DNA of 64,000 nt, from contig NC_092673.1 in NCBI RefSeq assembly GCF_964355755.1, positions 2,604,001 to 2,668,000 of the forward strand, written 5' to 3'. Within the stretch, counting starts at the first letter, position 1. Every line of letters begins with the position of its first letter. Under the pieces are notes generated by a model that saw only the letters and a list, made by a program, of their open reading frames with translations, was not told the DNA's origin and searched no databases. This document shows positions 51,368 through 64,000 of this stretch, one piece after another. A program made the translations under genes and the position numbers. Source of the stretch: Antedon mediterranea (lineage: Eukaryota > Animalia > Echinodermata).

Positions 51368-53465
51368 TTACAATATAGATTGTGATTAAAATCAACGGTT
51401 TACGCAAGTGAAATGCAAAAAATCAATAGTATTAAATGAAATGCAGTAAATTAGTGATTGTTATATAACATTTACATTGCATATTTAAACTTGATTACCA
51501 ACAAGGTGATAAGAATATTTATAAAAAACTAAATGAAGTACTGTAATAAGATAAAGATGTAGTTTACCGTATACATATTACATTAGATAGATTACAAATA
51601 TTTACATATACAAAATAATGTTATTCTGACTAACATTATCAAATGAAAAATATGATACTATATATAGGATTGTGTTTCATTCAATAATGTGATAGTTATC
51701 TTTGGGGATGATGCTAATACATTAATGTAAACTAGTATTCTAAGCTGATTGATAACAAGAATACATGAATTGAATACATTCTCTGCACAACCTGAATTGT
51801 TTAGCTTATACTCGCGATTACTTTTCCAATCAAAGGCGCTGTCTCCATTTACAATCTCAAAACAATACAGTATATAAAATAAAATTTATACAGATAAAAA
51901 TACTGTACAATTTAAAGCGAGTTTTTGTCTCTTCAGCTGCTTTTAAAGATTCTATACGGCTTCTTTTCTGTATGTTTTATAGTATTGTATGCACAGTACT
52001 AAACTCTATTCACTTTCAGAAATAAACTTAAATTCAAATTATTTGTTTATTTATTTCTAATCTGCGTGCGACTATACAGCTTCTTTTCTGTGTGTTTTAT
52101 AGTGTACACAGTACTGACCTACAGTATTATTCACTTTCAGAAATAAACTTCAATTCAAATTATTTTGTGTTTATTTCTTTGTGCTTGTTATTCGTTTGAC
52201 CATTGAGGTATTATTGTACCTCCATAGTTTGACCTATTGTTTAGATACCACGCATGACCAAGGATCAATGAGAATAATTTCACTTCTCCCTGCTATGATC
52301 GTCATACAATAACCGACATACAAGCAGAGACTCTCCCATTGGAGTATTAGCAACATCATGTATGCACAGAGGAATTTCATAGACGTCAATAACATAACAA
52401 AACATAATTAAGGGTATTCATGATATATTGTAACCATAATATGCTCTAGGCTACCTATTAATTAACCATGACAATGTTCTGCATGACTGCAGCACCAGAA
52501 TACATGAGTGAGGCCCTACACCGTGGTAGATGGATACGATAGCAGTATTATACTCTCTGCATTAGAATTAAGTTTTTGTTCAAATGATACACACACATTT
52601 TATCATTATACATTCATCTACTCGTAGTATATTATACGTACAACGTCTCTGCGGTCTCATAAATGGATGGTGATTACTGCCTACCTGTTGTGAGTAATAA
52701 CATATTCAAACTTCATGCTTCTCCCATGTCACTAGGCATTACATATATCATTGCTGTTGTACTTGTATAATTACAGTCACCTAAGGGGATGATAAAAGGT
52801 GAGAGCTGGATAGCTTGGCAGTTTGAATATTTGGAATTAAAGTCAAATCCCTCTGTACCCCTAAAGGCATGCGTTTCAGGATAAGCATTTTTGGGAACTT
52901 TGCTCGTTTGATGACAAAGATAGTAACACATAAAGTCTGTTTACATTACAATAACGATCAACTAGCGCAGGTGAGAGAATGAAAACATTCACATAAAAAT
53001 AGCATCATGGTGTTTTTAATCTATTTGCAGAAGCGAAACCAATAATTTAAAAATGCAATGACGATGTATGCAGATATCATCTTACGCTCTTTTGACCTAT
53101 CAATACACCAAGCTTAATATTATTTATACAAGTTACTTTAACATGATAAAAAGAGTATAATGAACATTATTGCATTTTCACCTATTACACCATGATTAAG
53201 TTAATCACGATCAACTAATTGGCCATTAGATTTGTGATTGGGAGTGAAATTTCTTGATAACTGCGAATCACCGCTTTGACCGATAAAAATGTGATGCACA
53301 TGTAAAAAGGATATTACACAATTATTTATCGATCAAATATTTATGCAATAAGACTTGGGACCACAGACTGGTCGAAACTTATAGCGGGACCACAGGACCC
53401 CTTTAGAAAAATTCAGTCTCCTTGAAAATGGAAACTCTTCCAAAACAAGTCTGGTTTTTTAGATA

Positions 53466-53512
53466 GTTGACTTAAAACAAGTTGACTTAAAACAAGTTGA
53501 CTTAAAACAAGT
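53466..53512. repeat. 15-bp tandem repeat in the DPCD 3' UTR
   Basis: gttgacttaaaacaa x3, ending about 14 bp past the stop codon. Confidence 0.85.
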
Positions 53513-53525
53513 ACCCCTAACATTG

Positions 53526-53630
53526 TTAGCTTGGTTTGCATTCCATGTCTCCGTCTTTTGATGCTTTTAACTTCAACAATTCCTGCCTAACATCCTTTTC
53601 CATTTTAAGAACTTCAGAAGGTTTTGAATA
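53526..53630 (-). CDS. DPCD: DPCD exon 6/6 (YSKPSEVLKMEKDVRQELLKLKASKDGDMECKPS*)
   Basis: Acceptor ctacag|, phase 0; matches the DPCD C-terminus (Y.KP.EV...E.....EL.K.K...DG..CK); TAA at 53526-53528. Confidence 0.93.
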   Translation of the reverse strand, partial: YSKPSEVLKMEKDVRQELLKLKASKDGDMECKPS

Positions 53631-53799
53631 CTGTAGTATAAAAATAAGTGAATGAAAGATTATCGTCATCCATGAGTCTACTCTCTAAAAATCAGAGAAT
53701 CAAGAATTTATATGCATTATTTATTTTTTTTATTCTGGGTGGCCTTTTTTTCAGTCAAAGAAAACACCCTACTTGTCTTGAAAGATGTACAGTACTATT

Positions 53800-54858
<1,059 letters not shown>

Positions 54859-54913
54859 CTACCATTTTAAAAACACTGGGAGATGCAAATGATGCAGTCT
54901 ACCACACTTAATA

Positions 54914-55048
54914 CAGTAGGCGTAACATAGAGGCACTGGAGGCCTCAGGCATTTTTAGCCTTTTTTCGACATATTGTAATGCCTGTTTTTTTCCTCTAGG
55001 CACTGCTCAGGGTTTAGCCAATGAGTGCTCATAGCCGTTACTCCACTG
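54914..55048. mobile_element. hAT-like MITE with 8-bp TSD
   Basis: acttaata|cagtaggcgtaac...gttactccactg|actgaata (8-bp TSD, one mismatch). Confidence 0.7.
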
Positions 55049-56082
55049 ACTGAATAGTGTACCATGTCAGCTTTTCATCAGACTAATGTGTGAAACAAAG
55101 ATATCCATAATAGCACATGGCAAAATCAAACAGAGATGCAGAGTCCATAGAACTTCTTTAAGTATATTCTCATTTGAGCATATAAATCAAACTAAACTAT
55201 TATTTATTAACAACATTTATCCAGAAAGCTTTAGATCGACACACAGTTTAATTGCTTCTGCAGCATAGAAACAAAGGTGATAAGCCTCTAGATTAGATAA
55301 AATACCATTTTGACAGTTACCTCCATGATTGATAGAGTTATGTTCATGCCTATTGGTGAGAAATTGATAATATCAAGTCTACTAAGCTTTAGGTTTAGCT
55401 AGCAAAAGTAGTAGGGCATGTCAATGTAGCTTAGGGTAGGTGCTACTTTTTGTAAACAGTATGACTTTTAAAAAAAAAGATGCTTCTTCTTCTTCTTCAA
55501 GAAATCGAGGCAGGGAGGAGCCTTCTCAATTCCACCACCCACCAACATATAATTGCTTGTTGTTCAAGAATGTAGCCAATCAGACACTCTGAAATGAGTC
55601 ATGTGTGAGCTCTTTATTTTTTTCACTATCATGCACTGGAGTGCAAAAAGTGAGCATCAAAAAGGCAAAACAACACTGTGTGTAAATCGTATGGCAGATT
55701 ACCAATCGCACTAGACGCTACACGATTTACTGTTTGTGCTGAGGCACCATTTAAAAACAAACACACACCACGTATATCTTGTCATTTCTGGTACATGACT
55801 GTTTTGCTAGGCCTAGACAGTGATTTGGTCGCAAACAGAGTGGTGCTTGCCGTGGTAGGCCTAGGCCCTAGACTAGGTTTATTATGAAAATAGTTCATAC
55901 ATCCATGTTATAAAACAAATAACGCACACGTCCAAGTTCGTGGAGTAAGTGGAGGTATTCACAATGTCGTTCATGTCGCAACATTGTAAATACCATCGAG
56001 TGCGTCGCATCTCAACTAATGCTCTCTGACTTATGCATTATTTGTTTAATAATAAACAATTGCAACACCTTGTTATGCCTTA

Positions 56083-56244
<162 letters not shown>

Positions 56245-56653
56245 TTAAGTTATTGTTATACTGTATATTAATATTCTGCTATCCTGATTATTTTGAATTA
56301 CAGATATGCGAAATAATATAAATGTGGAAAAAAAAGGACTAACTCTGCCTATCTGACAAACTATGAGCCATTGTAGAGATTAAGAGAAGAAAAAAATCTT
56401 CACTGTTTATATACTATAGCCTTATAAATAGACATAAGAAAACTTTATTCATCTCCAACAATGCGAAGATATTACAAGTGCTTGCAGTCAAACTTACATA
56501 AACAGATATAAAAATATAAATATGAATACAGCAATATATAAGTGTAGAGAGATAAAGGTAACCATCAAATGTTACCTTTTATGATCTTTATTAAGAGAGT
56601 ACACTTGGCAAGTTTTACATTTAAATTATTATGTACAACTACTGTAATCTTTA

Positions 56654-56841
56654 AGGCCAATTTACATATACAAGCGGTATGGTAATAAAAATATAGAATC
56701 TATGTTATTCCTTATGACCATTTAAACACAATGTTGAGCGGACGGGCAGTTTCTGCTCAGGGTAGGTACAGATTATACGTGGAACAAGCTACGCAGTTTA
56801 GTGCCTAACATTACCGCATTATCGCTTGTGTAAATTGGCCT
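56654..56841. mobile_element. Harbinger-like MITE family B
   Basis: TIR aggccaatttaca...tgtaaattggcct; homologous to 14675-14833. Confidence 0.75.
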
Positions 56842-57139
56842 CAAGACTGTATTGTATTTTACAGTATATTTTGTTTTTGTACAGGGAATAGAAAATATTC
56901 AGATAAGATGCAAGAAACATCCTGGTCAGTATTGAAAATGGATAGAACAGCACCTTTATATCCTGTATTTTGAGTGCCCCATAGGTTGAATAAATGAAAT
57001 GACATCTAATCTTAAACTCTGTCTACACTATCAAACTTTACATGTCGACAAATAAATGTGATGTGCCCATAGATGATGTCACACTACACACTTATAATAT
57101 AGATTTAATGGAAATAATATATCACTATTTTCAACTTAC

Positions 57140-57258
57140 ATTTGAACTACTTTCTTTCAACAAAGTCTGTTCCAAGCTTGTGGACTGCAGATCCTCACCC
57201 ACTTCAAAATCCCATTTTCCAGCTGCACCTAAAGTTGTCTTTTTCCTCCACTTACGAA
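57140..57258 (-). CDS. DPCD: DPCD exon 3/6 (VRKWRKKTTLGAAGKWDFEVGEDLQSTSLEQTLLKESSSN)
   Basis: tgtttag| ... |gtaagt; 119 nt, phase 1 to 0; RKWR...LG..G.W..EVG motif. Confidence 0.95.
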
Positions 57259-57479
57259 CTAAACAAAACAGTTTGACAAAAAAAATTAGCTTTCAGGTTT
57301 ACAAACTAAAATAATAATTTTTAAGAAATAAATAATAATTTTTCAAAATACAGTAAGTTTTTTAAACATTTTAGAATTTCATTTTTATAGATTGTTATTT
57401 GGAAATATACTGCATAACAAATTTGCACAAGCTTCAGGAGCCAATTAAATCAACCTATTGGTTTCATTTTCCTATATTA

Positions 57480-57759
<280 letters not shown>

Positions 57760-58474
57760 TTAAATTTAAATAAAACCAAAACAGAAAAAAATGACATTAG
57801 GTGAAACATTCCTATTTTTTCTTGATTGTTCAATAATGACAAACTGGGCTAGAATAAGTAGATAATACATTTTATTTATAACAAAACTGGATAAAAAATG
57901 TACATGCTACAATACATTTTAATATTTAAAATATTAATATTGTGATATAATTGGACGTTTTAATTTCATACATGTTTAATGTAAAAAAACTGTCAAAATA
58001 CAGATTTATTTTGAAACTGAAGACCGTTGTCTGTGATAAGCGTAGTTTTGTGACAAAGAGGCTGACACATTTTATCAGAATGAAAAGTTGAACAATAATT
58101 AAATTACGATAACTGATTTTGACTTGTTTCTGGAAAGACAAATATACCAGGCCGGATCCCTACCACACTGCCAGCCCTACTAGAGCATGTGAATAACATG
58201 TACTTGATAATCTTATATTATAAAACCTTACGGGGCGATACCGGGTATAGATTAGTACGACTGGCTAGCTAGGCCTAGTAACTGTAGAGAACTGATTGAG
58301 GGCTCTGCTCTCTCTAGTAGTAGACTCTTGGGCCTTGGCCTAGGCTATAGTAGGCCTAATTCAATTTCAAGTCCAGGCCTACGCTCTAGAGGCCTATCTT
58401 TTTCTTATTATGCCTAGCCTAAAACAGTGGTATTTTTCCTAATAAAAACGTAAAACATATCATTTAAACAATAC

Positions 58475-58535
58475 CATCTTGTACTAATGCAGTTTTCTTT
58501 GCTGACTGCAAGTATTGCAACCAAGATGAAGACAT
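58475..58535 (-). CDS. DPCD: DPCD exon 1/6 (MSSSWLQYLQSAKKTALVQD); protein DPCD, 200 aa in total
   Basis: aaaATG start, donor g|gtattg; the six exons (61+81+119+134+103+105 = 603 nt) join in frame and align by eye along the full length of human DPCD. Confidence 0.94.
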
Positions 58536-58695
58536 TTTATGTCTGTTTCTTAAACTTTTAAAACCACAAAACTCTCAGCGCTAAAAACAAAATGAATGTT
58601 TAGAGTGCGCCCTCACCAACAGCCCCCTCTATGTGTAGCGAGAAAAACTCACGGGATCAACCTCATCTTTTTCAATCAATTTGTTTATTTTTACA
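58536..58695. promoter_or_regulatory. bidirectional promoter and both 5' UTRs of DPCD and ATP6V0E
   Basis: 160 bp between divergent ATGs, locally CpG-containing, no obvious TATA box. Confidence 0.75.
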
Positions 58696-58793
58696 ATGGC
58701 AAATTTATGGGTTACCGTCTTATCTGTCACCCTGTTTTGGGGGATAGTTGGAATTGTGTGTCCACTTTTTGTTAGGAAAGGACCAAATAAAGG
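58696..58793 (+). CDS. ATP6V0E: V-type proton ATPase subunit e exon 1/4 (MANLWVTVLSVTLFWGIVGIVCPLFVRKGPNK); 83 aa in total
   Basis: acaATGg start, donor agg|gtaagt in phase 2; hallmark FWG.VG...P.F..KGPN.G. Confidence 0.96.
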
Positions 58794-59191
58794 GTAAGTT
58801 GTTTTATATACATACAATTATACTGATATGTTAGGCCTAGACTGACCTTTTTTCTCACTAGTGAGCCTAGCTTGTTCTATAAAACAATCCGTTCGAAGTA
58901 TACTGAATGGTACAGGTCGTTTCGTACCCAAATATAGTTTTTTTTCCGTATTACAATTACATACTTTTCATTCATGTATATACATTCTCAAGTTATTTAT
59001 TCTTTCATATTAGAATTATTTAAATCAAGTGGTATTAATGTATTCTTGTGAAATCAGGCATTGTTAATTACTAAAAGGTACCGCCATATAATTATGAATA
59101 AATTAGAGTAACATTTGTTTGTTGGAATGGTCATCTATGTATGAGATTGTATAAATTAAATTTAATGCAAGCTGTTCTTTTTTGTCCTCAG

Positions 59192-59239
59192 AATAATTCA
59201 GATGATGTTTGTCTTAACAGCAATTTGTTGTTACCTGTT
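59192..59239 (+). CDS. ATP6V0E: V-ATPase subunit e exon 2/4 (GIIQMMFVLTAICCYL)
   Basis: tgtcctcag| ... |gtaagt; 48 nt; conserved CCYLFW motif spans the junction. Confidence 0.96.
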
Positions 59240-59348
59240 GTAAGTATGGTTATAATATTTTCACAACTCTCACTCATTTTTTCGATCTGTATATATTATT
59301 ATTATATATATTTTTTAATTTCATCTAATAAACTGCTTGTTTTTTCAG

Positions 59349-59448
59349 TTGGTTAATTGCTTATTTAATGCAGTTGAATCCATTATTTGGACCTCAACTT
59401 GAAGCTAAAGTCATCAATGCTATACGATGGGAATGGGAGGGACAGAGT
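59349..59448 (+). CDS. ATP6V0E: V-ATPase subunit e exon 3/4 (FWLIAYLMQLNPLFGPQLEAKVINAIRWEWEGQS)
   Basis: ttttttcag| ... |gtaagt; hallmark QLNPLFGPQL. Confidence 0.96.
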
Positions 59449-59480
59449 GTAAGTTGTCATCAACAATTATAATAACAAAA

Positions 59481-59639
59481 AGCTCTGTCTACACTATCAA
59501 ACTAGTTTGACAAAAAAGTGTGATGTGCCCAAATATGGTAGTGATATGCTTAAATATGGTAATGATATGACATCATCGTGTCCATATATGAGCATATCAC
59601 ATTTTTTGTCAGATAAAGTTTGATACTGTAAACAGAGCT
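59481..59639. mobile_element. Harbinger-like MITE family A (ATP6V0E intron 3)
   Basis: TIR agctctgtctacactatcaaact...agtttgatactgtaaacagagct. Confidence 0.85.
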
Positions 59640-60097
59640 TAATACCTGTAATATCCTGTGTTTTGACAATTTTTTTTAGAGCCTTTTAAGTCAACCTTCC
59701 TTTGGAGATATGGTCTTAATTTGATCAATTAAGTTATGAAAATTTAATAATAAAAATTATTTGTGCAGGACTGTGTTCCTAGTTAATAATTTGCAAAAGT
59801 GGTATTTAAAACACATGTTAATATACAATAGCATGACCGTGACAATCTTCCATCAGTGATGTATCATCAAGATATAAAGTGGTGCAGTTTTCACAAGAAA
59901 GGGAACAATCTCTGTTCAAGCCACTGGGTTTTCAAGGCCTAAAAAAAAGGGGTCAAATTAAAACCTTACCAACCGTACTGGAGGCTATGGCCCATTAAAT
60001 ATTTGTTTGTAAAATTTCATTTTTAAAGTGGTGGATTAATTCTCCATACAGTGCATAATGATAATAAACACATTTCTGCTTTCTCTTTTCATTTCAG

Positions 60098-60103
60098 AAT
60101 TAG
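60098..60103 (+). CDS. ATP6V0E: V-ATPase subunit e exon 4/4, coding part (N*)
   Basis: Strong acceptor tttctcttttcatttcag|AAT TAG, followed by 3' UTR with a candidate AATAAA at 60642. Confidence 0.75.
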   Translation, partial: N

Positions 60104-60300
60104 AATTGTGGTGGTTACAGACTAAAATCAAGAAGTTTCTATTTTACCTAACAAGGGAAACATTCCATCATCTACGACAAATATAGTATACCTAATATTG
60201 GATCGGATTGGAAAAATACAGACTAATTTATCTCACAAAGAACAATCAATTCTATACAATGAAAACTCTTTATAAATATTTTATAGAGTAACTATTCTAA

Positions 60301-60431
60301 AGCTCTGTCTACACTATTTTTATGTGACAAAAAAATGTGCCCATATATGGACATGATAATGCCATATCACTACCATATTTGGAAACATCACACTTTTTTT
60401 GTCAAACTAGTTTGTTAGTGTAGACAGAGCT
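60301..60431. mobile_element. Harbinger-like MITE family A (ATP6V0E 3' UTR)
   Basis: TAA|agctctgtctacacta...tagtgtagacagagct|TAA; a 3-bp TWA TSD is typical of PIF/Harbinger. Confidence 0.88.
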
Positions 60432-61291
60432 TAAGGTCAATATTGTTGAAAGGAGCTGTGTATACATAAATATATTTAGAGAAGAAAATATTATTGAAGT
60501 TATAGTCGTACAATAATTTGTAAGCCTCATATTATTCAGTACTCATGTACACCTATTTGTGATAGTGTCCTGTATATTATAATCCACTAGATAAGAAAAA
60601 CCGAAATATAGTGGCAACCCAGTGAATAATATGTATTAAACAATAAAATATATATCAGTCATGTACAATATTGACAGGAATCTCATATCGGTAATAATTT
60701 ATTTTGAAATACAAGAATGATGTTTAATTAATATATGGCCTACCATACTGAAGCCTAGCAGTACTACTATTCTTACACAGTCTTGAGGATAAAAATACTG
60801 TGGCTTACAATGGATAGACTTAACTGTGCAGGACATGTGGAAAAACAATAAATATGATATGATATTAGAAATATAGTAGTGTCTAAAATGAAATCTAAAG
60901 AGTGATATTAATATGAAAATAATAGTGATACAAAATATATGTAATTGTACAGGAGTACTAGAAATTAATGTAATACAGTTTAGTAACAAATTTTTTTTCG
61001 ATTTTTTTATTTAATTTTCAGTATACCGAGCTTATGGTTTATTAAATATATATTGGTACAGGTATAATGATTGCATGACGTATTTGCTAAGAGTGAATTT
61101 AAAATCAAGCATAACATGCAAATAACAAATACCTCCAATGTGGATTTGACTGTGTTTGGGATATTAAACTTTGGTGTTGTAAATGTTATGAAAATTAAAG
61201 ATGCAATTTGTGTACATACAATATTGAAAATCTATATGTTCAATGCTGATTCTGTGTCTTCTAGTTGTAATCAAATAGTCAATACAAAATA

Positions 61292-61398
61292 CAGTGAAGG
61301 CCCTCATTTGGGACAATCCTGCCTCTATTTTAGGGGACACATCATATGGAGAACATTTGTTGGATATAAGGTGTTGTCTCCCCGAATAGGGGTTCTAA
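61292..61398. mobile_element. degenerate Tc1/mariner-type MITE
   Basis: ta|cagtgaaggccctcatttgggaca...gtctccccgaataggggttcta; similar remnants near 12375 and 22480. Confidence 0.4.
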
Positions 61399-61502
61399 CA
61401 TATAAAATATGACAGAATTCAAATATCAGTCTTGCTTGTTCTCTGGAGCTCACACATGACAAGCCATGAAAATCTTTTGCACAGAGGTGTACATAATTGA
61501 AA

Positions 61503-61688
61503 TATTTTATTTATACTGGGCGACCTCTTCAGTCAAAGACTGGTCTCCCAGAGGGCCCAGTTATGTTAAGTGGCTGTACCAGGTAATTCTCTACTCATCT
61601 CTTAAAAATGCACTAGATTCTTTTAAAGTGCACAGGAGCTAGATGTGTACACTGGACCTACGGTTTATAGTCCAATCCGAGAAGACTA
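61503..61688 (-). mobile_element. SINE with Deu/Nin-like core, 5'-truncated
   Basis: Same core and tail as 53800-54535; A-rich 3' end on the minus strand; tail fragment also at 28267-28335. Confidence 0.65.
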
Positions 61689-61839
61689 CTATCAGAACTA
61701 ACAAAAAGATCCACAACGAATACAATTTCTCAATCAATTTAATAATTAATTTACTATGAATTGTAGTAGAAAAGGATTTTATGCATTTTCATTATTCTTT
61801 TTAATAACAATATTTTGTTTTTTATTGAAACAAAAATAA

Positions 61840-63417
61840 ACTAGACATGAAACTCGTCACTTTGACGAGTTAGTTATCCGCTCGACAAACGCCACGTGCA
61901 CGTCATACGTTACAATATTGCGCACAGAAAAATATTAAGGCATTATGACCTGAACTGAAGAATATGATATGTTGTTATTTCTGAATTCTGTTATTTTGTG
62001 TCATATAGTATACACAGTACAATCTGTATACATATCACAAACAGTGTAAAATAGGTGAAATTACGGGACCCGTATTTTATTGTAATTTTTAACATCTTGA
62101 CGGTTTCAAAATGAAATGCAAAAGTAGAAATTTCAGAATGAAATTATCTCAGCAACAACATATTAACGTGTAGAAGAAATTTGAATACGTGAAATATTGA
62201 TGCGCGCTCTTTTAAATGTAATGAAATATAATGCAAAAGATGAAAATACGACTTTTTTTATTTAACTGGCCATATGATGACGTCACAACATTCAATTGGC
62301 ACAATTTACACATGATTTTGTATCTACAATACAATAGCTTCCTGAAAACGTTTTAATCGTGATTATCACATTTTATTCTTACGAGGTATAACAGATTAAA
62401 ATTTACTGTAAAGATGAAATTAATGACCAACGTAATTAAAATTTTTAGGCATGATGACGTTAAAAAAATTTTAATTCATGCAAAAGATAGTTGATTGACC
62501 TAGAATATATTAAAATCGGGGTGAAAATAGACAACGAATAAGTGGAGATGCGCTCTATTAAATGTGATGAGCTATGACGAAAGAGACAAAAATCCTATAT
62601 TTTATATTCGCGTGGCCATACGATGACGTCACAATGTCCGGTTACCCATATTAATGCATGATCCGATATCTACAACTCATCAACTTCCAGAATATGTAAT
62701 TAAAAAAAAGTTCTCCATGTAGTTTAGAATCTATGACTGTTTAAAAATAGGCATAATTTTGACAAATTTTTGAACTTTTTCACCAAAAACGCGTGCAAAT
62801 TATGTAATTCGACGTGCTCGTATGACGTAATTTTAAGTCGAAATTGTTTAAAAGTTGGTAACATTACTAGAAAAGGCTGAAAAAACATAAATCACGCGAA
62901 AAAAATATGTTTTTAACGCTACGTGTGCACCGCGTGCGTAAAAATTTTTGCGCGCGTGGGAATTTTTGACATGCTCAAAATGACATGAAACGCATAGAAA
63001 GTTGATTAGAAGTTGATTTTTCGCATCCTAAAATTTTAAACGCACGTACGCGCGTAACTTTTTGTGAAACATGCTATTTTTAATCCATAGAAAGTTTGCG
63101 CTTGATATGACTTAAATTTTCACAAAGTGTCAAAACAAAATTATGTTTGGTTTTTAGTCTATGATCAATCATTGAAATTCATAAAATCGCGCGTACGTCA
63201 CGTTGCACAACTCTGACGTCATTCAAAAATAGGAGGTGCACAAGTTCACGTAAATGTCGATGTGTTGACAAAGTTACGATATGTTCTGTTTACACGTTTT
63301 AGAGAAACGCGACGCACAAAAATGACAGAAAGAAAGAAGTATAATACAGAAAAAAAAAAAAAATTTGATGAAACAGGACGATTACAAGGAGTTATCCGCT
63401 ACTAAGCGGATAACTAA
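61840..63417. mobile_element. non-autonomous Helentron/DINE-like element
   Basis: Begins actag plus hairpin aactcgtca-ctt-tgacgagtt plus agttatccgct; ends with a (gaaa)n tract and hairpin agttatccgct-acta-agcggataact; internal diverged repeat (about 62195-62350 vs 62545-62700); no TSD. Confidence 0.7.
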
Positions 63418-63897
63418 TTATTCTTTTGTGCAATGCAATAACTATACATTATTTTCTAGAGCCTAATGAGTTTCTTTATTCCTATAAACTTATATTATAT
63501 AGATACCTACTGTATAGTTTTAATTAATATTAAGCCAATACTGCATATATATTTCATGATATTTTTAGAAAATAATTTGTTATTGTTGATAATCATTCCA
63601 AATGATAAAGAATTAAGAAACACATACCTTTGGTATAAATAATTATTTTATAATTTCAGCCTACTGTAATGATATGAACAACTGAGTATAAAAAGCAATT
63701 AAACTTGATCATAAAACAATGGCTACAAATAATCAATAGAAAACCCTTTAAAAAAAACCTTTCCCTTATTGCACATAAATATTTATTATAATTATTTTCT
63801 TCCAAAGTAAGAGATAAAATTTGGTTAACAGCCAATAACAAACTTTCATTTTGTTTTGAACATCTTATGCATAATTTAAATGGAATTTGTAGTGTTA

Positions 63898-64000
63898 AGC
63901 TCAGTCTACACTATTAAACCTTATGTGACAAAACATGTGATGTGCCCATATATGGACTTGGTACTGTATATCACTACCATATTTGGGCACATCACACTTT
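63898..64000. mobile_element. Harbinger-like MITE family A, cut by the window end
   Basis: agctcagtctacacta...tcactaccatatttgggcacatcac. Confidence 0.8.

Noticed and set aside
52200-52960. Short ORFs including 52713-52931 (72 aa)
   Set aside because: No recognisable homology and no consistent splice signals.
63600-63850. Possible minus-strand exon or 61-aa ORF near the window end
   Set aside because: Low-complexity AT-rich sequence with no homology and no clear acceptor.

Overview
AT-rich eukaryotic nuclear DNA with GT-AG introns and the standard code, probably an invertebrate deuterostome (inferred from gene homologies and repeat types). Three genes can be read, all essentially missed by the ORF track because they are spliced. 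(1) The 5' part of a FAM53-family gene on the minus strand: first coding exon 18238-18309 (MVTLITEKLQNQSLED...), probable non-coding first exon near 39074-39250, and the large Ser/Pro-rich exon lying left of the window. (2) A complete 6-exon DPCD gene (minus, 53526-58535, 200 aa). (3) A complete 4-exon V-ATPase subunit e gene (plus, 58696-60103, 83 aa), head-to-head with DPCD with only 160 bp between the ATGs. The rest is intron and intergenic DNA rich in minisatellites, MITEs (Harbinger-, hAT-, Tc1/pogo-, Kolobok-like), SINEs, a 5'-truncated L1/Tx1 LINE and a Helentron-like element. The long ORFs at 2936-4567 and 47868-49357 are tandem-repeat artefacts. Most notable observations: a 41-copy 39-bp array in the FAM53 intron, each unit carrying a consensus-type 5' splice site on the transcribed strand and starting at a candidate 16-nt microexon; a CUB-like exon broken by a LINE plus nine copies of its own target site; and AGGCCTA motif clusters just downstream of the inferred promoters. 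No database searches were possible, so all homology calls are from recognition and need confirming.
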